Assembly (NCBI GenBank): GCA_963792585.1
Contig: CAWBWI010000002.1
Location: forward strand, 32,001-96,000
Direction of reading: 5' to 3'
From: Candidatus Eiseniibacteriota bacterium
GTDB taxonomy: Bacteria > Eisenbacteria > RBG-16-71-46 > CAIMUX01 > VGJL01
Length of the DNA: 64,000 nt
Shown: one piece after another, positions 60,724 through 64,000 of the stretch
Numbering within the stretch: the stretch's first letter is position 1
How the letters are laid out: each line of letters starts with the position of its first letter
The notes under the pieces: model-generated
Told to the model about the DNA's origin: nothing
The model's input: the letters and a program-made list of their open reading frames with translations, nothing else
Database searches by the model: none
Program-made: the position numbers and the translations under genes

Positions 60724-61188
60724 ATGAGTGGACTGAACAAGGTGATGCTGATCGGGAACCTGGGGGCCGACCCGGAGATGCGCCAAATGCCGTCCGGCGG
60801 CTCCGTCGCGAGCCTGCGTCTGGCGACGAACGCGCAGTGGACGGATCGGGAGGGCAACCGCCAAGAGCGGACCGAGTGGCACCGAGTCGTGGTATTCGGG
60901 AAGCAGGCGGAGATCGCCTCTCAGTATCTGCGCAAGGGGCGCCAGATCTACGTGGAAGGCCGCCTCCAGACGCGGCAGTGGCAGGACCAGCAGGGGCAGA
61001 CCAAGTACATGACGGAGGTCGTCGCCAACAGCTTCATGATGCTCGGCGGACGAGCGAATGGCGCGGAGGGTGTGGGACCAGGGCAGGGAGGCGGCGGCCG
61101 CTCGAGCGTCCCGGAGGACGCAGGCCCCGAATACTCCGAGGAGATCGGTCCGGTCGGGGATGGGGAAGACAGCGACGTTCCGTTCTAG
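60724..61188 (+). CDS. ssb: Single-stranded DNA-binding protein
   Basis: [30 protein letters not shown]-terminal DVPF. Confidence 0.97.
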   Translation: MSGLNKVMLIGNLGADPEMRQMPSGGSVASLRLATNAQWTDREGNRQERTEWHRVVVFGKQAEIASQYLRKGRQIYVEGRLQTRQWQDQQGQTKYMTEVVANSFMMLGGRANGAEGVGPGQGGGGRSSVPEDAGPEYSEEIGPVGDGEDSDVPF

Positions 61189-61261
61189 AGCCGCGATTTC
61201 CGCGCGTTTCGTTGGATCGACGCCAAGCCGTTCCGCGACGATTTTGGTTGCGCGCAGAGGC

Positions 61262-61291
61262 TTGACCCTGCGCGCAACCTAGCCCTAGACT
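61262..61291 (+). promoter_or_regulatory. Promoter for tRNA-Lys-ssrA
   Basis: TTGACC-18 nt-TAGACT. Confidence 0.6.
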
Positions 61292-61308
61292 GCACGGGTG
61301 CTCTCTGC

Positions 61309-61381
<73 letters not shown>

Positions 61382-61395
61382 CATCCGATGAAACT

Positions 61396-61734
61396 GGGGG
61401 CGCCTGGTTTCGACGGGGAGAGGGGAGCCAGGACAGCGTGCCGAGCCGCCAGGGCCTCGTTAATCCCATGGCAAAACATAACTGCCAACACTGAATTGGC
61501 ATTGGCTGCTTAGGTAGCCCGTTCTCTGTGATTGTGCCCACTGGGTTGCAGAAGGACGCTGTTACAGCAGGCTAGTCGCGGGATCGCCTCGTTACCGCGA
61601 CGAAACACTTGAGGCTGGTCCCAAAAGGATCCTGACGATCGGAGCCTCAGGGACGAGAATCAAATGATCGGATACGCACGTAGACGGACTGGTCGATCTC
61701 TTTTCGGACGCGGGTTCGATTCCCGCCGCCTCCA
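61396..61734 (+). ncRNA. ssrA: tmRNA; tag (A)ANTELALAA at 61484-61513
   Basis: 5' GGGGGCG...TTTCGAC; ATAACT-GCC resume context; tag ends LAA-stop; 3' GGTTCGATTCCCGCCGCCTCCA. Confidence 0.96.
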
Positions 61735-61742
61735 CATTCTAA

Positions 61743-62876
61743 CTACTTGGGTCCCAACGAGTTGACTTTCGAAGGGACCCCCGTCTCCACGCCGTCTCCA
61801 CGGCAAGTTCCGACGGTGCGATCCTCGAGCAGCCGGATTCCCGCCTCGATCGCGGCCGGTGATAGGTGCATGTACCTTGCCGTCGTGCTCAGATCGCGGT
61901 GTCCGGCGAGTTCCTGGATCGCCCGGGCCGGTGCGCCGCGCATGGCGAGATGTGAGCAGAACGTGTGACGGAGCACATGGACGCCCGCGTTCCTGAGGTT
62001 CGCCAGCCGCGCCGAACGCTCGACGAGGACGCGGACGATCTTCTGCGAGATCCCCTCCCCGTCCCCACGCGTCAGCACGCGCGGACCCTTCAAGTGCCGG
62101 TGCGAACGAAGTGCGTCGGCAAGCCTCGAGGTGAGCGGCACAAGCCGAGCGCGGCCGCCCTTCGGCGCCGTGACCTGGCCCTTCCATTCACTCCGGCGCA
62201 CCCAGAGCTGGCGCTTCCCGAGATCTACGTCCGTCCATTCCAATGCCATCATCTCGCCACACCGCAGGCCCGCCTCGCCTCCGAGCAGCACGATGATGTG
62301 GGCGCGGGCATCAACGTGACGGGCCGAGTCAACCAACCGCTCGTACTCGTCGAAGTCATGGAACGCTGCCTCACACGGCGGCTGCGCCCTCACAAGCCGA
62401 ACGGTGCAGGGCATCATCGCGAGCACGTCCCACTCGACCGCGACTTTGAGCAGCGTCGAGAGGACCGAGAGCACGTTATTGACGGTCTTCGGTGACTTCC
62501 CAGCGAGTTTGCCCTTCAATCGCTGGACGTCCTCATTCGAGATCTCATCGAGCTTCTTCCGGCCGAGCCGAGGAACGAGGTGCACCCGGAGGATCGTCTC
62601 TTTGGCCGCGATCCCCGATGGCTTCTGACGGTTCGCCTGCGCGTAGCCTTCGAGGAAACGCGGAGCGAACGTCGCGAACGTCGGCACCTCCTTTCGTGGC
62701 TTCTGGATTCCCTGGACCAACATCTCGCGCTCACGCGCTTCGGCCCACCGGACGGCGCCTGAACGCGACGACACGGGAGCCCGGCGGCGTTCCCGTTGCT
62801 TCGTTCCGTCAGGCATTCGCACGGCGATGTCCACTTCCCAGCCTCCGCGCCGATAGGGTCGGATCTTTACGCTCAT
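61743..62876 (-). CDS. Tyrosine recombinase/integrase
   Basis: GLRCGE, APKGG, HVLRHT, LAGH, TARY catalytic set; AAGGAG RBS. Confidence 0.95.
   Translation of the reverse strand: MSVKIRPYRRGGWEVDIAVRMPDGTKQRERRRAPVSSRSGAVRWAEAREREMLVQGIQKPRKEVPTFATFAPRFLEGYAQANRQKPSGIAAKETILRVHLVPRLGRKKLDEISNEDVQRLKGKLAGKSPKTVNNVLSVLSTLLKVAVEWDVLAMMPCTVRLVRAQPPCEAAFHDFDEYERLVDSARHVDARAHIIVLLGGEAGLRCGEMMALEWTDVDLGKRQLWVRRSEWKGQVTAPKGGRARLVPLTSRLADALRSHRHLKGPRVLTRGDGEGISQKIVRVLVERSARLANLRNAGVHVLRHTFCSHLAMRGAPARAIQELAGHRDLSTTARYMHLSPAAIEAGIRLLEDRTVGTCRGDGVETGVPSKVNSLGPK
61781..61802. repeat. Tandem 11-bp direct repeat, candidate integrase arm-type sites
   Basis: CCGTCTCCACG x2. Confidence 0.6.
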
Positions 62877-62892
62877 CGCTTGATAGTCTCCT

Positions 62893-63114
62893 TCAAGGCG
62901 ATGGCGCACGACTTCGGTCGAGCCAGTGTAGCAGATCGTCCCGGCGCACGAGGCGGCGCCTTCCGAGCTTCGTCAGCCCTGGTAGCTGGCCCCGTTCGGC
63001 CATGGCGTAAACAGCCTTTCTCGATGTGCGCAGAAGTGCCGCAACCTCAGGAATCGTAAGCAAGATAGCGAGGTCATTGACGACGTCACTGAACGGGGAA
63101 TCTTTGGTTCTCAT
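62893..63114 (-). CDS. Excisionase-like HTH_17 protein
   Basis: LLTIPEVAALLRTSRKAVY...GQLPG..KLGRR...DLLHW. Confidence 0.88.
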   Translation of the reverse strand: MRTKDSPFSDVVNDLAILLTIPEVAALLRTSRKAVYAMAERGQLPGLTKLGRRRLVRRDDLLHWLDRSRAPSP

Positions 63115-63827
63115 GACGCCGCCTGCCCCGCCTGCGGTGCCCCAAAAGCGACAGCCGAAGGTCGGCGCGATCGGCGCGCCGATGGATGATCGTTTGCTGC
63201 CTCGCGTTTAAGCCGCATGGCCGCGACCTCGCAGTACCGTTCGTCTATCTCAATGCCGACAGCTCGGCGGCCCAGGCTCTGCGCGGCAAGAAGGGTTGAC
63301 CCTGAACCCATGAACGGATCGAGCACCAGATCGCCCGGGTCACTCGAGTTCCCGATGAGCGCGGATAGGACGGCGACCGGCTTCTCCGTCGGGTGCAGCT
63401 TCAGCGGCGGCGGCGCAAAGCGGAGAATGTTGCCGAGGCCGCCGTCCCGAAGCCGGTGATCGGGTTCCGGGCAATACGCGATCCACTCAAACATGCGGCG
63501 CCAAGCATCACCCTCGCCAATCCGTCCCTTGTCCCAGATGAGGACGTTGGTGGGATCGAGCGTCGGGAACAATCGGATGCCGGCTCGCACGTCCGTGAAG
63601 ACGTAAAGGGCACCATCGGTCGGAAGCAAGCGTCTCGCGTCGGCCAGGACCCGTTCCAATTCATCGTCCTCAAGTAGCCGGAACCACTCCAGGCTTGAAC
63701 GACGGTGATCACGCCAGAAGTAGGGCGGGTCTGTCACGATGAGCGCCACCTCACGAAGACGCGGAAAGATCTCCCGGCAATCGCCGTGGTAGATCCTGAT
63801 TCCGCCGTGGTCGTAGTACGGCTTCAC
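63111..63827 (-). CDS. Orphan N4/N6 DNA methyltransferase (beta class)
   Basis: IYHGDC, TDPPY, IWDK, HPTEKP, VLDPFMGSGST, GIEID. Confidence 0.93.
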   Translation of the reverse strand: MKPYYDHGGIRIYHGDCREIFPRLREVALIVTDPPYFWRDHRRSSLEWFRLLEDDELERVLADARRLLPTDGALYVFTDVRAGIRLFPTLDPTNVLIWDKGRIGEGDAWRRMFEWIAYCPEPDHRLRDGGLGNILRFAPPPLKLHPTEKPVAVLSALIGNSSDPGDLVLDPFMGSGSTLLAAQSLGRRAVGIEIDERYCEVAAMRLKREAANDHPSARRSRRPSAVAFGAPQAGQAAS

Positions 63828-64000
63828 GGCTGGTCCCGCCGGACGGACAGACCACAGGAAGCTCCAGGGGTTCGACCAGGAGCAGGCCGACACGCCGAAG
63901 GAGCGCCTTGGTAGGAATCCATAGACTCGGTGGCATGGGGTGGCGATTGGAGCGCAGAGCGCGAATCAACACGAACCACCAGCCGGACACCCGCCGTGCG

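Larger units (their letters stand above)
61735..64000. mobile_element. End of a prophage/integrative element at the ssrA 3' end (continues beyond the window)
   Basis: int-xis-MTase cluster on minus strand abutting tmRNA. Confidence 0.85.

Noticed and set aside
63824..64000. Partial gene upstream of the methyltransferase
   Set aside because: Truncated by the window edge; the coding frame cannot be determined.

Overview
High-GC chromosomal window, almost all on the + strand. The organism is probably an uncultured diderm of the FCB-adjacent type (Ca. Eisenbacteria / Krumholzibacteriota / Latescibacterota-like); this is inferred from five proteins with FlgD-Ig/T9SS-like C-terminal domains. It holds housekeeping blocks (etfBA; hup-rsmI-pgsA-like-tmk-larC; ppdK-cobB; aminotransferase-arcC; smpB-amidase-like-GerMN-murI-rph-rdgB; ssb), five tRNAs and tmRNA. 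The left end of an integrative element or prophage (tyrosine integrase, xis, orphan DNA methyltransferase) sits at the tmRNA 3' end. Many secreted or surface proteins lie between these blocks. Several genes carry frameshifts that look like long-read consensus indels. Best leads: (1) a short C-terminal DSTWG-x-V-[KR]-x-LYR tail on two unrelated secreted proteins, a candidate protein-sorting signal that appears to alternate with the FlgD-like tail; (2) an unannotated ~200-nt minus-strand RNA with its own promoter and terminator at 39.07-39.33 kb; (3) long structured leaders ahead of secreted-protein genes that share an 11-mer; (4) apparently inactive amidase and exonuclease domains. All calls come from reading motifs by eye; no searches were run.
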